This document shows, one piece after another, positions 44,330 to 55,261 of a stretch of 64,000 nucleotides of DNA. Each line of letters begins with the position of its first letter. Within the stretch, counting starts at the first letter, position 1. Made by a program: the position numbers and the translations under genes. Origin of the DNA: Thermodesulfobacteriota bacterium (GTDB lineage: Bacteria > Desulfobacterota_D > UBA1144 > Nemesobacterales > Mycalebacteriaceae). The notes beneath the pieces are model-generated. The model saw nothing but the letters and a program-made list of their open reading frames with translations, did no database searches and had not been told where the DNA came from. The stretch is from assembly GCA_965198945.1 (NCBI GenBank), contig CBDAQI010000012.1, positions 1 to 64,000 of the forward strand, given 5' to 3'.

Positions 44330-45700
44330 ATGGCAGACAACTCTTTTTTTACCCCGCGGGAAATAGTTTCCGAACTTGACAAATACATAATCGGTCAGCA
44401 CAAAGCCAAACGCTCCGTTTCAATTGCTTTGAGAAACAGATGGCGCCGTCAGAACGTGACCCCGGAGATGAGGGATGAAATTGTTCCGAAAAACATCCTG
44501 ATGATGGGCCCCACGGGTGTTGGCAAAACTGAAATAGCCCGGAGGCTTGCAAAACTTTCCCAAGCTCCGTTTGTTAAGGTTGAGGCGTCAAAGTTTACCG
44601 AAGTCGGCTACATGGGCAGGGATGTTGAGTCCATGGTGAGAGACATTACCGAGATATCAATCAAGATGGTCTCAGATGATGAGACGAAAAAAGTTATGGC
44701 AAAAGCCGAGGAAATCGCCGAGGAAAGAATGCTTGACCTGCTTTTGCCGCCGCCTTCAAAAACTCCGGCGGACGGTCCGGACGGTGAAAAGACTGCAGAG
44801 CCGCCTCCCCGCAAAGAGTCTGAGAAAAAAACCAAAGAAAAACTCAGAAAACTTCTGCGTCAGGGCAAACTGGATGACAAAACTGTTCAGCTGGAGGTTT
44901 CCACGGCGGCAATGCCTTTTCAGGTTCTGGGCGCTCAGGGAGTTGACGAAATAGACTTGAATCTGCCGGAAATGCTCGGAGGGCTTATGCCGAAGCAGAC
45001 GAAGACAAAAAAGGTGAACGTGCCGTCTGCGATGGAGATACTCGTCAGGGAGGAGTCACAAAAACTGGTTGATATGGAAAGGGTGGTCAAGCTCGCCATT
45101 GAAAAGGTTGAAAATACGGGGATCATTTTCATTGACGAAATAGACAAAATAGCCGGAGGCAAATCAAATTCCGGTCCCGACGTTTCAAGGGAGGGAGTTC
45201 AGAGGGATTTGCTTCCCATAATAGAGGGCTCAACAGTCAACACCAAGCATGGAATGGTGAAGACCGACCACATTATGTTTATCGGAGCCGGCGCTTTTCA
45301 TGTCTCAAAGCCGTCTGACCTTATACCGGAAATTCAGGGACGCTTTCCCGTGCGCGTTGAACTTGAGGCTTTGGGCAGAGAGGAGATGGTCAAAATACTT
45401 ACCGAGACGAAAAACGCGCTGACGAAACAGTATGCGGCGCTGCTTGAAACCGAAGGCATAACACTTGTTTTCAAAAAAGACGCAATTGAAGAGATTGCCG
45501 GAATTGCAATGGAAGTTAACAATTCAACTGAAAACATAGGAGCGAGAAGGCTGCACACAATACTTGAGACAATTCTGGATGACATATCTTTTCAGGCTCC
45601 AGATATGTCAAAGAGGAAAATTGAAATAAACGCCGCTTATGTGAAGGAAAAGGTTTCCGGGATTGCGGCGGACAAGGACCTGAGCAAATACATACTTTAG
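44330..45700 (+). CDS. hslU: ATP-dependent protease ATPase subunit
   Basis: [14 protein letters not shown] and ENIGARRL motifs. Confidence 0.98.
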   Translation: MADNSFFTPREIVSELDKYIIGQHKAKRSVSIALRNRWRRQNVTPEMRDEIVPKNILMMGPTGVGKTEIARRLAKLSQAPFVKVEASKFTEVGYMGRDVESMVRDITEISIKMVSDDETKKVMAKAEEIAEERMLDLLLPPPSKTPADGPDGEKTAEPPPRKESEKKTKEKLRKLLRQGKLDDKTVQLEVSTAAMPFQVLGAQGVDEIDLNLPEMLGGLMPKQTKTKKVNVPSAMEILVREESQKLVDMERVVKLAIEKVENTGIIFIDEIDKIAGGKSNSGPDVSREGVQRDLLPIIEGSTVNTKHGMVKTDHIMFIGAGAFHVSKPSDLIPEIQGRFPVRVELEALGREEMVKILTETKNALTKQYAALLETEGITLVFKKDAIEEIAGIAMEVNNSTENIGARRLHTILETILDDISFQAPDMSKRKIEINAAYVKEKVSGIAADKDLSKYIL

Positions 45701-45764
45701 AAAAACGTATCCCTTGCGGCGGTTCCGGGTTTTTACCGAACCGTCCTTTTCAGGTGTGGTAATA

Positions 45765-46634
45765 ATGGATAAAGCCAAAACCCTTGCCGAAGCGCTGCCT
45801 TACATAAAGCAGTTTCACGGCAAAAATGTCGTTGTTAAATACGGCGGAAGCATAGTCGGAAAAGATATTGCCGGTTTTGCAAAAGACATAGTGCTTATGA
45901 AGTTTGTCGGAATCAACCCGGTCGTGGTTCACGGCGGCGGCAGGCAGATAGAGCGGGAACTGAGCAGGCGCGGTATTGAGTCCAGATTTATAGCGGGGCT
46001 CAGGGTTACGGATAAAAAAACAATGAAAGCCGTTGAGAAAGTGCTCGGGAAAATAATCAACGGGCGCATAGTTTCGGAGATAGAAAAAAACGGGGCGAAA
46101 GCCGTCGGCATAACCGGAGCAGCAGGCAAAACAATTTCCGCCGCAAAGGCTGATATAGTGAAAATAGCCCGTGAAAACGGTTTGTCCGTTGAGCCGGGCG
46201 CAGATCTCGGAATGGTGGGAGACATAAGGAAGATACACACCGCGCTGATAAGACGCTGTGAAAAAGAGGGCGGCATACCCGTTATCGCCCCCATCGGGAC
46301 TGACGGCAAAGGCAACTCGTATAACATCAACGCGGACCATGCCGCGGGCAAGATTGCTTCTGCTCTGAAGGCTGAAAAACTTATAATGTTGACCGATGTG
46401 CCGGGCATAAAAGGCGGAAATGGGCGGCTAATATCTTCACTCGCTTTCAGGCGGGCTCAGAAACTTATAAGAGACGGAGTGATTTCCAAAGGTATGCGTC
46501 CCAAAACCAAATGCTGCATGGAAGCCATTTCCGAGGGAGTGGGCAAGGCGCACATAATAGACGGCCGTGTGGACCATGCACTTATACTTGAAATTTTTAC
46601 CAACGCCGGAATCGGAACCGAGATAAAGAAATGA
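45765..46634 (+). CDS. argB: acetylglutamate kinase
   Basis: EALPYI, VVKYGG, VHGGG, NINAD and HIIDGR motifs. Confidence 0.95.
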   Translation: MDKAKTLAEALPYIKQFHGKNVVVKYGGSIVGKDIAGFAKDIVLMKFVGINPVVVHGGGRQIERELSRRGIESRFIAGLRVTDKKTMKAVEKVLGKIINGRIVSEIEKNGAKAVGITGAAGKTISAAKADIVKIARENGLSVEPGADLGMVGDIRKIHTALIRRCEKEGGIPVIAPIGTDGKGNSYNINADHAAGKIASALKAEKLIMLTDVPGIKGGNGRLISSLAFRRAQKLIRDGVISKGMRPKTKCCMEAISEGVGKAHIIDGRVDHALILEIFTNAGIGTEIKK

Positions 46635-47836
46635 GCCGCGAAGAAATAATTTCCGTAATTGACGCAAATACAATGAACACTTACGGCCGCTTCCAAATCG
46701 CGGTAAAAAAAGGTGACGGAGCGTGGCTGTGGGATACCAAAGGGAAAAAGTATCTGGACTTCACATCGGGAATAGCCGTAACAACACTCGGACATTCGCA
46801 CCCGGCTTTCATCAAAGCCGCGAGAAAACAGCTGGAGAGCATCGTCCATACATCAAACCTTTTCTACACAGAGCCTCAGGCGCGCCTTGCTTTTCTCTTA
46901 ACCGCAAATTCTTTTGCGGACAGGGTGTTTTTATGCAACAGCGGGACGGAGGCTTCCGAGGGTGCAATAAAACTGGCAAGAAAATGGGCGTCTGAAAACG
47001 GTCGTGAAAAAACAATAGTATGCGCGTCCGGGTCATTTCACGGCAGAACTCTGGGGGCGCTTTCCGCCACAAGCGGGCCCAAATACCGAAAAGGTTTTGA
47101 GCCTTTGCCGGAGGGGTTTGTTTTTGTTCCCTACGGTGATTCGCAAAAAATTTCAGAAGCGATTAGGGAGCACCGGGCCTGCGCTTTTATGGTTGAGCCG
47201 ATACAGGGAGAAAACGGAGTGGTTATTCCGCATGAAGGTTATTTGCCCGAAGCGCGAGGAATTTGTTCTGAAAACGGAGCTCTTCTTATTCTTGATGAAA
47301 TCCAGACGGGAATGGGAAGAACGGGAAAGATGTTCTGTTACGAACACTCAAACATAGAGCCGGATATTGCCGTGATTGCAAAGGGTCTTGGCGGCGGAGT
47401 GCCGTGCGGAGCCGTGCTGGCACGCGAGGATGCCGCAAGGCATTTTACTCGCGGCTCACACGGAAGCACTTTCGGCGGAGGACCGTTTGCTTGCGCGTGC
47501 GCCGTTTCGGTGATGGAGGAAATTTTCCGCTCTTCGCTGATGGAAAATGCGGAGCGGAGCGGTGACAGGCTGCTTTCAGGATTGAGGGGCGCCGAAATAG
47601 CGGGCTCCGCCGCGGTAAAAGAGGCCAGGGCAATGGGCTTGATTGCGGGACTTGAATTCAACCTACCCGAAGACGCGGAAAGGGTTGTGGAACTCTGTGC
47701 GGAGAAGGGTCTTCTCACAATTCTGACCGCCGGGCGTGTTATCAGAATGCTTCCTCCGCTTACCATAAAGTATGGGGAGGTGGATTTTGCCCTGTCCGTA
47801 ATTGAAGATTCCATTCGGGAGGTTTGCAGTCGGTGA
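46631..47836 (+). CDS. argD: acetylornithine aminotransferase
   Basis: NSGTEA, FHGRT, DEIQTG, AKGLGGG and HGSTFGG motifs; between argB and argF. Confidence 0.93.
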   Translation: MSREEIISVIDANTMNTYGRFQIAVKKGDGAWLWDTKGKKYLDFTSGIAVTTLGHSHPAFIKAARKQLESIVHTSNLFYTEPQARLAFLLTANSFADRVFLCNSGTEASEGAIKLARKWASENGREKTIVCASGSFHGRTLGALSATSGPKYRKGFEPLPEGFVFVPYGDSQKISEAIREHRACAFMVEPIQGENGVVIPHEGYLPEARGICSENGALLILDEIQTGMGRTGKMFCYEHSNIEPDIAVIAKGLGGGVPCGAVLAREDAARHFTRGSHGSTFGGGPFACACAVSVMEEIFRSSLMENAERSGDRLLSGLRGAEIAGSAAVKEARAMGLIAGLEFNLPEDAERVVELCAEKGLLTILTAGRVIRMLPPLTIKYGEVDFALSVIEDSIREVCSR

Positions 47837-48762
47837 AAAAAGATTTATTAAGTGTTTTTGATGTTTCAAGAACAGATATGGCGGGGATAATCTCCCGTTC
47901 TTTTGAACACAGGGAGATGCATAAAACGTCCGCCCTTGGCAAGTCGCTTGAGGGCAAAACGGTGGGAATTGTTTTTGAAAAACCGTCAACCCGCACAAGG
48001 GTTTCATTTGAAACCGCCGCCGCGCTGCTCGGCGCTCATCCGGTTTTCATTGATGCCGGCAGCACTCAGATAAACCGGGGGGAAACGTTGGAAGACACGG
48101 CGAGAGTCCTTTCTTCCTACCTTGATATCATAGTGCTGAGAACGCATGAGCAGGAGCGTCTTGAGAGTTTTGCCGCGAGTTCCTCGGTTCCGGTCATAAA
48201 CGCCTTGAGTGAGTTGGAGCACCCGACCCAGGCGCTTACGGACATATTTACGATTGCCTCTCAAGACATTGACATAGAGAGTTTCAAGCTTGCGTATTTG
48301 GGAGACGGTAACAATGTTGCAAACTCGCTGGTCGGAATTTCTTCAATTCTGGGATTTGACATAGCGGTCGCCTCACCGCCCGGTTGCGAGCCGGATGAGC
48401 AAATGCTTCAGAGAAGCGGGAAAAGTAACGGCAGGTCTGCGCACATCACAATTACGGACAGTCCCGTTGAAGCGGTTGAAGACGCGGATGTAATCTACAC
48501 CGATGTCTGGCTCAGCATGGGACAGGAGGGTGACGCAGACCGAATAATAAAAAATTTTGCCCCCTATCAGGTGAACCCGGAGCTTTTATCGCACGCTCCC
48601 TCCGATGCCGTCATAATGCACTGCCTTCCCGCACACAGAGGCGAAGAGATCACCGCCGAGGTTATGGACGGCGGCAGATTTATCGCTTTTGAGCAGGCTG
48701 AAAATAAACTACATGTAGCAAAAGCCGTGCTGGAGTTCTGTCTGGGCTGGAAAGGGGAATAG
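47824..48762 (+). CDS. argF: ornithine carbamoyltransferase
   Basis: STRTR, HPTQ, SMG and HCLP motifs. Confidence 0.96.
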   Translation: MQSVKKDLLSVFDVSRTDMAGIISRSFEHREMHKTSALGKSLEGKTVGIVFEKPSTRTRVSFETAAALLGAHPVFIDAGSTQINRGETLEDTARVLSSYLDIIVLRTHEQERLESFAASSSVPVINALSELEHPTQALTDIFTIASQDIDIESFKLAYLGDGNNVANSLVGISSILGFDIAVASPPGCEPDEQMLQRSGKSNGRSAHITITDSPVEAVEDADVIYTDVWLSMGQEGDADRIIKNFAPYQVNPELLSHAPSDAVIMHCLPAHRGEEITAEVMDGGRFIAFEQAENKLHVAKAVLEFCLGWKGE

Positions 48763-48777
48763 AGATGCGCCGGGTTG

Positions 48778-49338
48778 TTAAATTTTTGAAATCTTCGGCG
48801 GCGTAATTCCCTTCTGTTTCTGATACTTTCCCTTCTTGTCGGCATAGGATTTTTCACAGGCTTCGTCGCCTTCAAAAAACAGAACCTGTGCTATGCCCTC
48901 TCCGGCATATATTTTTGCGGGGAGCGGGGTTGTGTTTGAGATTTCAAGCGTTACGAATCCCTCCCATTCGGGCTCAAAAGGCGTTACATTCACTATTATT
49001 CCGCAACGCGCATATGTTGATTTGCCTACACACAGGGTCAGCACATTGCGCGGGATTCTGAAATATTCAACCGTTCTTGCAAGGGCAAAGGAATTCGGAG
49101 GAATTACGCAGTCTCCTTTAATTGACACAAACGATTTTTTATCAAAGTTTTTTGGGTCAACAAAAGTGCTGTGAATGTTTGTAAAGACCTGGAATTCACT
49201 GCTCACCCTTATGTCGTAACCATATGAGGAAAGCCCGTATGATATTTTGCCCTTGCTCACTTGTGATTTCACAAACGGCTCTATCATCCCGGACTCGCGA
49301 GCCATTTTTTTTATCCATCCGTCTGATTTTATTCCCAT
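48778..49338 (-). CDS. dcd: dCTP deaminase
   Basis: [19 protein letters not shown] and EPEWEG motifs. Confidence 0.95.
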   Translation of the reverse strand: MGIKSDGWIKKMARESGMIEPFVKSQVSKGKISYGLSSYGYDIRVSSEFQVFTNIHSTFVDPKNFDKKSFVSIKGDCVIPPNSFALARTVEYFRIPRNVLTLCVGKSTYARCGIIVNVTPFEPEWEGFVTLEISNTTPLPAKIYAGEGIAQVLFFEGDEACEKSYADKKGKYQKQKGITPPKISKI

Positions 49339-49365
49339 TGCTTCAACTCCTTAAAATTTAAGGCG

Positions 49366-50406
49366 TTATGAAAACTGTCTTAAAAATCTTAAGTCGTTTT
49401 CAAAAAAAAGTCTTATGTCGTCAATTCCGAATTTAAGCATTGCCATCCTTTCAATCCCCATACCAAAGGCAAAACCCGAACATTCATCGGGGTCGTATCC
49501 CACATTTTTGAACACCGCCGGGTCAACCATTCCGCAACCGAGAACCTCAATCCATCCGGTTTTTTTACATACCCTGCAACCTTTCCCGCGGCATATTACG
49601 CACTCTATGTCAACCTCGGCGCTCGGCTCGGTGAACGGGAAAAAACTGGGTCTGAACCTGACATTGGGCTCATCGTCAAAGTACATGTTTATGAAGAATG
49701 TTATAACCGATTTCAGGTTTGCAAAACTCACTTCACTGTCAACCATAAGCCCTTCAATCTGGTGAAACATCGGCGAATGGGAAACATCGCTGTCACACCT
49801 GTAAACTTTGCCCGGAACAATCACCCTCAGGGGAGGGGGCTGTTTTTCCATGACACGAATCTGAACGGGGGAGGTGTGGGTGCGCAGAACTATGTCGTCC
49901 GATATGTAGAAAGTGTCCTGCATGTCGCGCGCCGGGTGGTCTTTGGGAATGTTAAGAGCTTCAAAATTATAGTAGTCAAGCTCCACTTCGGGGCCGTCCA
50001 TTATTGTGAATCCCAGCCTCTCAAATATGCCGGAGATCTCCTTTATAACGATATTTACGGGATGAAAAGAGCCGGTCTCCGTCCCGCGTCTTCCGGGAAG
50101 AGTAACGTCTATTTTTTCCTCCGAGACCGATTTCTCAGAACTTATGCGCTTTATTTCAAGAATTTTCTTCCTTGCTGAACTCTCAATTTCGTCTCTGGAC
50201 TGGTTCAGGACGGTTCCCAGATTCCTTTTTTCTTCAATGGAAAGGTCTTTCAGAGACTTCATCATGGAAGTTACCGAGCCGTTTCTGCCCGTGTAGAGAG
50301 ATTTTATTTTATGTACCGAAGACTCATCCTTTGCGCGTGCGATCTCCTCTTGCGCCTTCCCGGTTTCCCGTCTGGCGCGTTCGGCTATTTTCGCGGTTTC
50401 ACTCAA
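49366..50406 (-). CDS. pheS: phenylalanine--tRNA ligase alpha subunit
   Basis: HPARDMQDTF, RTHTSPVQ, FPFTEPS and GFAFGMGIER motifs. Confidence 0.98.
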   Translation of the reverse strand: MSETAKIAERARRETGKAQEEIARAKDESSVHKIKSLYTGRNGSVTSMMKSLKDLSIEEKRNLGTVLNQSRDEIESSARKKILEIKRISSEKSVSEEKIDVTLPGRRGTETGSFHPVNIVIKEISGIFERLGFTIMDGPEVELDYYNFEALNIPKDHPARDMQDTFYISDDIVLRTHTSPVQIRVMEKQPPPLRVIVPGKVYRCDSDVSHSPMFHQIEGLMVDSEVSFANLKSVITFFINMYFDDEPNVRFRPSFFPFTEPSAEVDIECVICRGKGCRVCKKTGWIEVLGCGMVDPAVFKNVGYDPDECSGFAFGMGIERMAMLKFGIDDIRLFFENDLRFLRQFS

Positions 50407-51311
50407 CTGACGCCGCCTTTTTGTTTTCTCATTTTTACAACAAACCAGGCTGCGACAAAAATTGACGAATAGGTTCCCGCAACCACTCCGACAATAAGCG
50501 TGAAAGCGAAATTGTGTATGACCGAGCCGCCGAGAAGGAATAGCGGAATAAGAACTATGAATACGGTGATGGTGGTTAGCACGGTTCTTGAAAGAGTGCG
50601 CGTGATGCCTTTGTTTACTGCGCCGATGAAGTCGGAATTTTCTTCATCGGCGAGAGTTTCTCTTATACGGTCAAAGATGACTATTGTGTCGTTTACCGAA
50701 TAACCCACAACCATGAGGAGGGCGGCTATTATGGATAGGGTAATCTCTTTGTCCAGAAAAGCCATGAGTCCCATTGTTATGGTAACGTCGTGCAGAAGGG
50801 CGACAACAGCTCCGGTTGCATATCCGATTTCAAACCTTATTATCAGGTATAAAAGAATGGCCGTACAGCCGAGCATCAGCGAGACTACGGCTTTTTGAAT
50901 AAACTCCCGGCCGACATTCGGTCCTATGTAATCAATTCTCAAAATCTGCGCTTCCCGGAAACGAAGATCTTTTCCGGCGGATGAATGGAAAACGTTTTTG
51001 AATACATTGACTTTGTCCGATGAAAGTTTATCCGCGGGAAATTTAATGAGAAACTCGTTGTCTGACGCTATTCCAAATCTCTGAACCGAAACGGGCTCGT
51101 AACCGGAAGAATTGAGCATTTCAATCACATCCGTTTCGGTTGCTCCGGGGCCGACCGGAGGAACCTTTATATGAACCTCGGTTCCGCCCGTGAATTCAAC
51201 ACCGGGTCTGGGGCCTCCGTCCATAACAATTGCGGTGATGCAGGCGGTTATCAAAAGCACCGAGAAAACCGACGCTTTCCCGAACCATGATGTAAAATTG
51301 AAGACTTTCAT
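50403..51311 (-). CDS. secF: protein translocase subunit SecF
   Basis: GVEFTGG, HDV, GYSVNDTIVIFDRIRE and GTYSS motifs. Confidence 0.95.
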   Translation of the reverse strand: MKVFNFTSWFGKASVFSVLLITACITAIVMDGGPRPGVEFTGGTEVHIKVPPVGPGATETDVIEMLNSSGYEPVSVQRFGIASDNEFLIKFPADKLSSDKVNVFKNVFHSSAGKDLRFREAQILRIDYIGPNVGREFIQKAVVSLMLGCTAILLYLIIRFEIGYATGAVVALLHDVTITMGLMAFLDKEITLSIIAALLMVVGYSVNDTIVIFDRIRETLADEENSDFIGAVNKGITRTLSRTVLTTITVFIVLIPLFLLGGSVIHNFAFTLIVGVVAGTYSSIFVAAWFVVKMRKQKGGVS

Positions 51312-51328
51312 AATACGGTCCGCCACAC

Positions 51329-52921
51329 CTAAACGCCTGCTTTTTTCTCCCGCCAAATGACGCTTGAGATTAGACGCGCGATGATAAGATTGCTGAACAC
51401 CGTGCATACTATTCCGGCACAGAGGGTTGCGGCAAAACCTTTTATCGGGCCGTTGCCGAACCAGAACAGGACGAGCCCGGCGAGCAGCGTGGTAACATTT
51501 GCGTCCAGAATGGTTCTGACCGACCGCTTATATCCCATTTCAATGGCGTGGATGTGAGATTTCCCCGTTTTTATTTCTTCCCTGATTCTCTCAAATATGA
51601 TTATGTTGCCGTCAACCGCGATGCCGAGAGTCAGAATCATTCCGGCTATTCCCGGAAGTGTGAGCGTTACGCCGAACGCGGCAAGAAGCCCCGTTATCAG
51701 AAGCATGTTCAGCCCCAGAGCCAGATCCGCTACAATACCGTGTGTGCCGTAGTAAAAGGCCATAAATATAATTACCAGAACTCCTCCCACGAGCATTGAG
51801 AGTTTTCCTTTTTGTATGGAATCTTTTCCTAGCGAGGGTCCTATAAGCCTTTCCTGTTCAACAAAAACCGGAACGGGCAGAGCCCCGGAACGCAGAATAA
51901 GAGCCAGGTCTTTTGCTTCTGATTGAGTGAAAGTTCCCGTTATCTGGCCCTCAAAAGTTATACGGCTCTGAACCACCGGAGCCGATTCAACAACTCCGTC
52001 AAGAACTATCGCAAGACGGTTTCCTATGTTTTCTTCCGTAAGTTTGCCGAATTTTCCCGCTCCTTTGTTTGAGAAACTGAATGAGACCGAAGGGTTGCCG
52101 AAGCCGTCAAATGCGAGTCTCGCATCGGATATGTATTCCCCGGTGACTGAGCTTTTTGAGTCAGTCACGAAGAAGTTTTCATTTCCCCCTTCAAAAGAGG
52201 GGTGGATGGAGAGGTTTTTTTCTTCAAGCTCTTTGTCGGATTTGAGGCCAGCATCCGCGATCGCCTGCTCGCGGGAAAACCCCTGTCCGCGAACTATCTT
52301 GAATTCCAGAACGGCGGTCTTTTTGATTATGTCAACTATTCTGTCTCTGTCTTTTTCCGAGGCTCCGGGAACCTGTATGACAATCCTGTCATCTCCCAGC
52401 TTCGTTATTGACGGCTCTACGAGGCCGAAATCAAGAACGCGGTTTTCTATGACCCGCCTTACCTGTTCAATGGAGTCTTCCCTCATGAGTGATGTTTTAT
52501 ATTCACCCGGGAAAACCCTGACGGTCAGGTTTTTCTCATCGGCTTCAAGTGTCAATTCTTCAAACCTTTTCTCAAGAAACCTTCGGGCTTTAGCAAATGA
52601 TTCAGGGTTTGAAAACTCCATTGTGAGCGTAAGGTCTTCCACTCCCGCAGAGGTGACCGCATCAGCGCCTTCCTCAAATTCTTCTTTGACGGAATCCATT
52701 ATGTTTTCAAGCTGCCTGCTGACCCCCCGGTCAGTTTCAACTCCAAGCTGGATGAAAACCCCGCCTTTCAAATCAAGCCCCATGCGTATTCCCCGCGAGG
52801 GAAAAACCTTTGACCACCAACCCGGCAGGTCGCCCCCGGAAATGTTCGGAGCCAGAAAAATTAATGACAGAACAACGAAAAGAGCTACGGTGGCCAGTGA
52901 AAGTTTTGAAACCCGGCCCAA
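51329..52921 (-). CDS. secD: protein translocase subunit SecD
   Basis: GLDLKGG, LRSGALP, AVDGNIIIFERIRE and GPIKGFA motifs. Confidence 0.96.
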   Translation of the reverse strand: MGRVSKLSLATVALFVVLSLIFLAPNISGGDLPGWWSKVFPSRGIRMGLDLKGGVFIQLGVETDRGVSRQLENIMDSVKEEFEEGADAVTSAGVEDLTLTMEFSNPESFAKARRFLEKRFEELTLEADEKNLTVRVFPGEYKTSLMREDSIEQVRRVIENRVLDFGLVEPSITKLGDDRIVIQVPGASEKDRDRIVDIIKKTAVLEFKIVRGQGFSREQAIADAGLKSDKELEEKNLSIHPSFEGGNENFFVTDSKSSVTGEYISDARLAFDGFGNPSVSFSFSNKGAGKFGKLTEENIGNRLAIVLDGVVESAPVVQSRITFEGQITGTFTQSEAKDLALILRSGALPVPVFVEQERLIGPSLGKDSIQKGKLSMLVGGVLVIIFMAFYYGTHGIVADLALGLNMLLITGLLAAFGVTLTLPGIAGMILTLGIAVDGNIIIFERIREEIKTGKSHIHAIEMGYKRSVRTILDANVTTLLAGLVLFWFGNGPIKGFAATLCAGIVCTVFSNLIIARLISSVIWREKKAGV

Positions 52922-52923
52922 GC

Positions 52924-53295
52924 TCAGTTACCAGCCTTTTCTTCCACTTTTGAAGCGGCCGCGGACACCGATGCCTTCACCGTTACACCTTTTGCTATCT
53001 CAAGTCTGAGGGTGTCACCGTCTCTCTCGGTTATTGTGGCGTATATGCCGCCGCCTGTTATGATTTCATCTCCGCGTTTGAGATCTTTGAGCATGTTCTC
53101 ACGGCTGCGCGAGCGTTTCTGCTGCGGGCGTATAATCAAAAAATAGAAAAGCGCAAAAAGAAGCACAAAGGGGAGGAGCCCGGTAAACAGAGACTGTCCT
53201 CCGCCTTCACCGCTTTGGGCGGAAGCATCCGCCAGAGGTGTGAAAAGGGACAAAAAAGAGGCAAGTATAAAAATTCCGCCGTTAAAAATGTTCAA
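52924..53295 (-). CDS. yajC: preprotein translocase subunit YajC
   Basis: FYFLIIRPQQKR and GDEIITGGG motifs; upstream of secD. Confidence 0.93.
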   Translation of the reverse strand: MNIFNGGIFILASFLSLFTPLADASAQSGEGGGQSLFTGLLPFVLLFALFYFLIIRPQQKRSRSRENMLKDLKRGDEIITGGGIYATITERDGDTLRLEIAKGVTVKASVSAAASKVEEKAGN

Positions 53296-53412
53296 ATCAG
53301 AAAGCCCTCCGAAGTTTTTAAGAGTTGTTTTTAAGTAAAAAATACCAGTCAGAGCAACTTTATAACCATTCCGACTTTTATTTTCAACACCGCCCTTTTG
53401 AATAATGGAATT

Positions 53413-54195
53413 TCACAGGCCGAGCACCTCCTTCATTCCGTATATCCCCGCGGGTTTTCCGTAAATCCATCTTGCGGCCCTGAGCGCCCCGGTGGCAAAT
53501 ATTTCTCTGTTGCGCGCCCTGTGTGAAAATTCAAGCCTTTCACCGTTGCCAAGGAAGAAAACCGTGTGGTCTCCGGGCATGTCACCCCCTCTGATGCTCT
53601 GTATGCCTATCTCGCTTTTCTTCCGCGGCGCCGTGTTTTCCCTTCTTGAATAAATCGCTGAGTTTTCAAGGGTCAGGTTTCTTGCTTCAGCCGCCGTGCG
53701 CGCAAGGGCGAGGGCGGTTCCGCTGGGTGAGTCAATTTTCGCCGAGTGGTGCGCTTCAAGAACCTCTATGTCAAAATCATCTCCCAGTTTTTTTGAAGCG
53801 AGCGAAACAATCCGTTCAAGCAGATTGACTCCGATGCTCATGTTCGGTGAGAGCACACAAGGGAAACTCTTCGCCGTTTCCGCAAGTTCGTTTTTTTCTT
53901 CCGTCGTAAATCCGGTTGTTCCGACCACAAGGGCTTTGCCCGTCTCCGCGCAGTAGCGCGCATGGCTGAGGGTGGCTTGCGGAGAAGTGAAATCCACAAT
54001 TACATCCGCCTTCTCTGATGCTTCTTCAATGCTGTCCGATATTTTTTTTCCACCGATCTTTCCGCCGATTCGGTCATGCCCTTTTCTTTCGTAAAGACCC
54101 GTGATTTCAATGTCCGGCGCCTTTGCGGTTTCCGAAATCACGGCTCCGCCCATGCGCCCCGCCGCCCCCGCTACGGATATTTTAATAATTTCCAT
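53413..54195 (-). CDS. dapB: 4-hydroxy-tetrahydrodipicolinate reductase
   Basis: GAAGRMG, GTTG and EAHHSAKIDSPSGTA motifs. Confidence 0.96.
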   Translation of the reverse strand: MEIIKISVAGAAGRMGGAVISETAKAPDIEITGLYERKGHDRIGGKIGGKKISDSIEEASEKADVIVDFTSPQATLSHARYCAETGKALVVGTTGFTTEEKNELAETAKSFPCVLSPNMSIGVNLLERIVSLASKKLGDDFDIEVLEAHHSAKIDSPSGTALALARTAAEARNLTLENSAIYSRRENTAPRKKSEIGIQSIRGGDMPGDHTVFFLGNGERLEFSHRARNREIFATGALRAARWIYGKPAGIYGMKEVLGL

Positions 54196-54294
54196 TTTTA
54201 CACTGCGGAAAAATTGAAGTAGAGTGATTCATTATCGCGGATTAGGTTAAACTCCACACGCGGAATTTCAAGAAAGATTTCAAGACACCCGAAA

Positions 54295-55170
54295 ATGAAG
54301 AGCATGACAGGCTTCGGAAGAAGCGAAACAGAAGTTAAGGACGGCAGGCTTATTGTTGAAGCGCGGAGCGAAAACCACAGGTTTTTTGATGCGCGTGTTC
54401 AAGTTCCCGAAACGGTGGCTTTTCTTGAATCCGACATTCTCAAACAACTGAAAAAAGTGATTTTAAGAGGCAAGGTAAAGGTTGCCGTCACATATGAAAC
54501 TGAACGGGAGCTGAGTCGGGCAATAGACCCGCGCGCCGCGCGCGCCGCGCTTTCAAGTCTGAAAAAACTTCAAAACAGCTTGAATCTCAAGGGTGAAATA
54601 ACCTTGGAACACATTTTATCCCTAGGGGATTTAATCAAAGCGCCGCCTGAACGGCACCGTCCCGGCGGCAGAGAGGCGGCGGTGATAAAGAAAGCGTTTG
54701 TGAGCGCGATTGAAAAACTGGATGAGAGCAGAAGCCGTGAGGGAAAACGCCTAAAAAAAGATCTGCTTCTGCGCTCCGGCAAATGCAAACGGACTGTGAA
54801 AGAAATCAAAAATGAGCGCGGAAAGTATGAGAAAGAAATAAAGCGCAAAATCGCCGAGAAAACCAAATCTCTGCTCAAAGATAAAAATATGGACGAGACG
54901 GGAATTTATCAGGAAATGGCCGCCGTCGCGGAGAAGAGCGACACAACTGAAGAGATAGTCAGAATGAATTCTCATCTTTCCCGGTTTTCCGAGTTCCTGT
55001 CCAAAACCGGCCTTTCGGTCGGCAGGGAGTTGGATTTTCTCACTCAGGAAATGAACCGGGAGTCCGGAACCATTTCCGCAAAATCAAAGTCTCCGGCCAT
55101 ATCACATCTGGCGATTGATTTGCGGTCTGAGATAGAGAAAATGCGTGAACAGATCCAAAACGTTGAGTAG
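54295..55170 (+). CDS. yicC: YicC/YloC family endoribonuclease
   Basis: MKSMTGFG, NHRF, GRELDFLTQEMNRE and REQIQNVE motifs. Confidence 0.93.
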   Translation: MKSMTGFGRSETEVKDGRLIVEARSENHRFFDARVQVPETVAFLESDILKQLKKVILRGKVKVAVTYETERELSRAIDPRAARAALSSLKKLQNSLNLKGEITLEHILSLGDLIKAPPERHRPGGREAAVIKKAFVSAIEKLDESRSREGKRLKKDLLLRSGKCKRTVKEIKNERGKYEKEIKRKIAEKTKSLLKDKNMDETGIYQEMAAVAEKSDTTEEIVRMNSHLSRFSEFLSKTGLSVGRELDFLTQEMNRESGTISAKSKSPAISHLAIDLRSEIEKMREQIQNVE

Positions 55171-55261
55171 GCGGTTTTGAAACATGGGCAGGTTATGTTA
55201 GCATTGGCGGGGCTTTTCAACAGCTTTTGCTGAATTTCGGATTGTATGGAGCGGCGGAAAT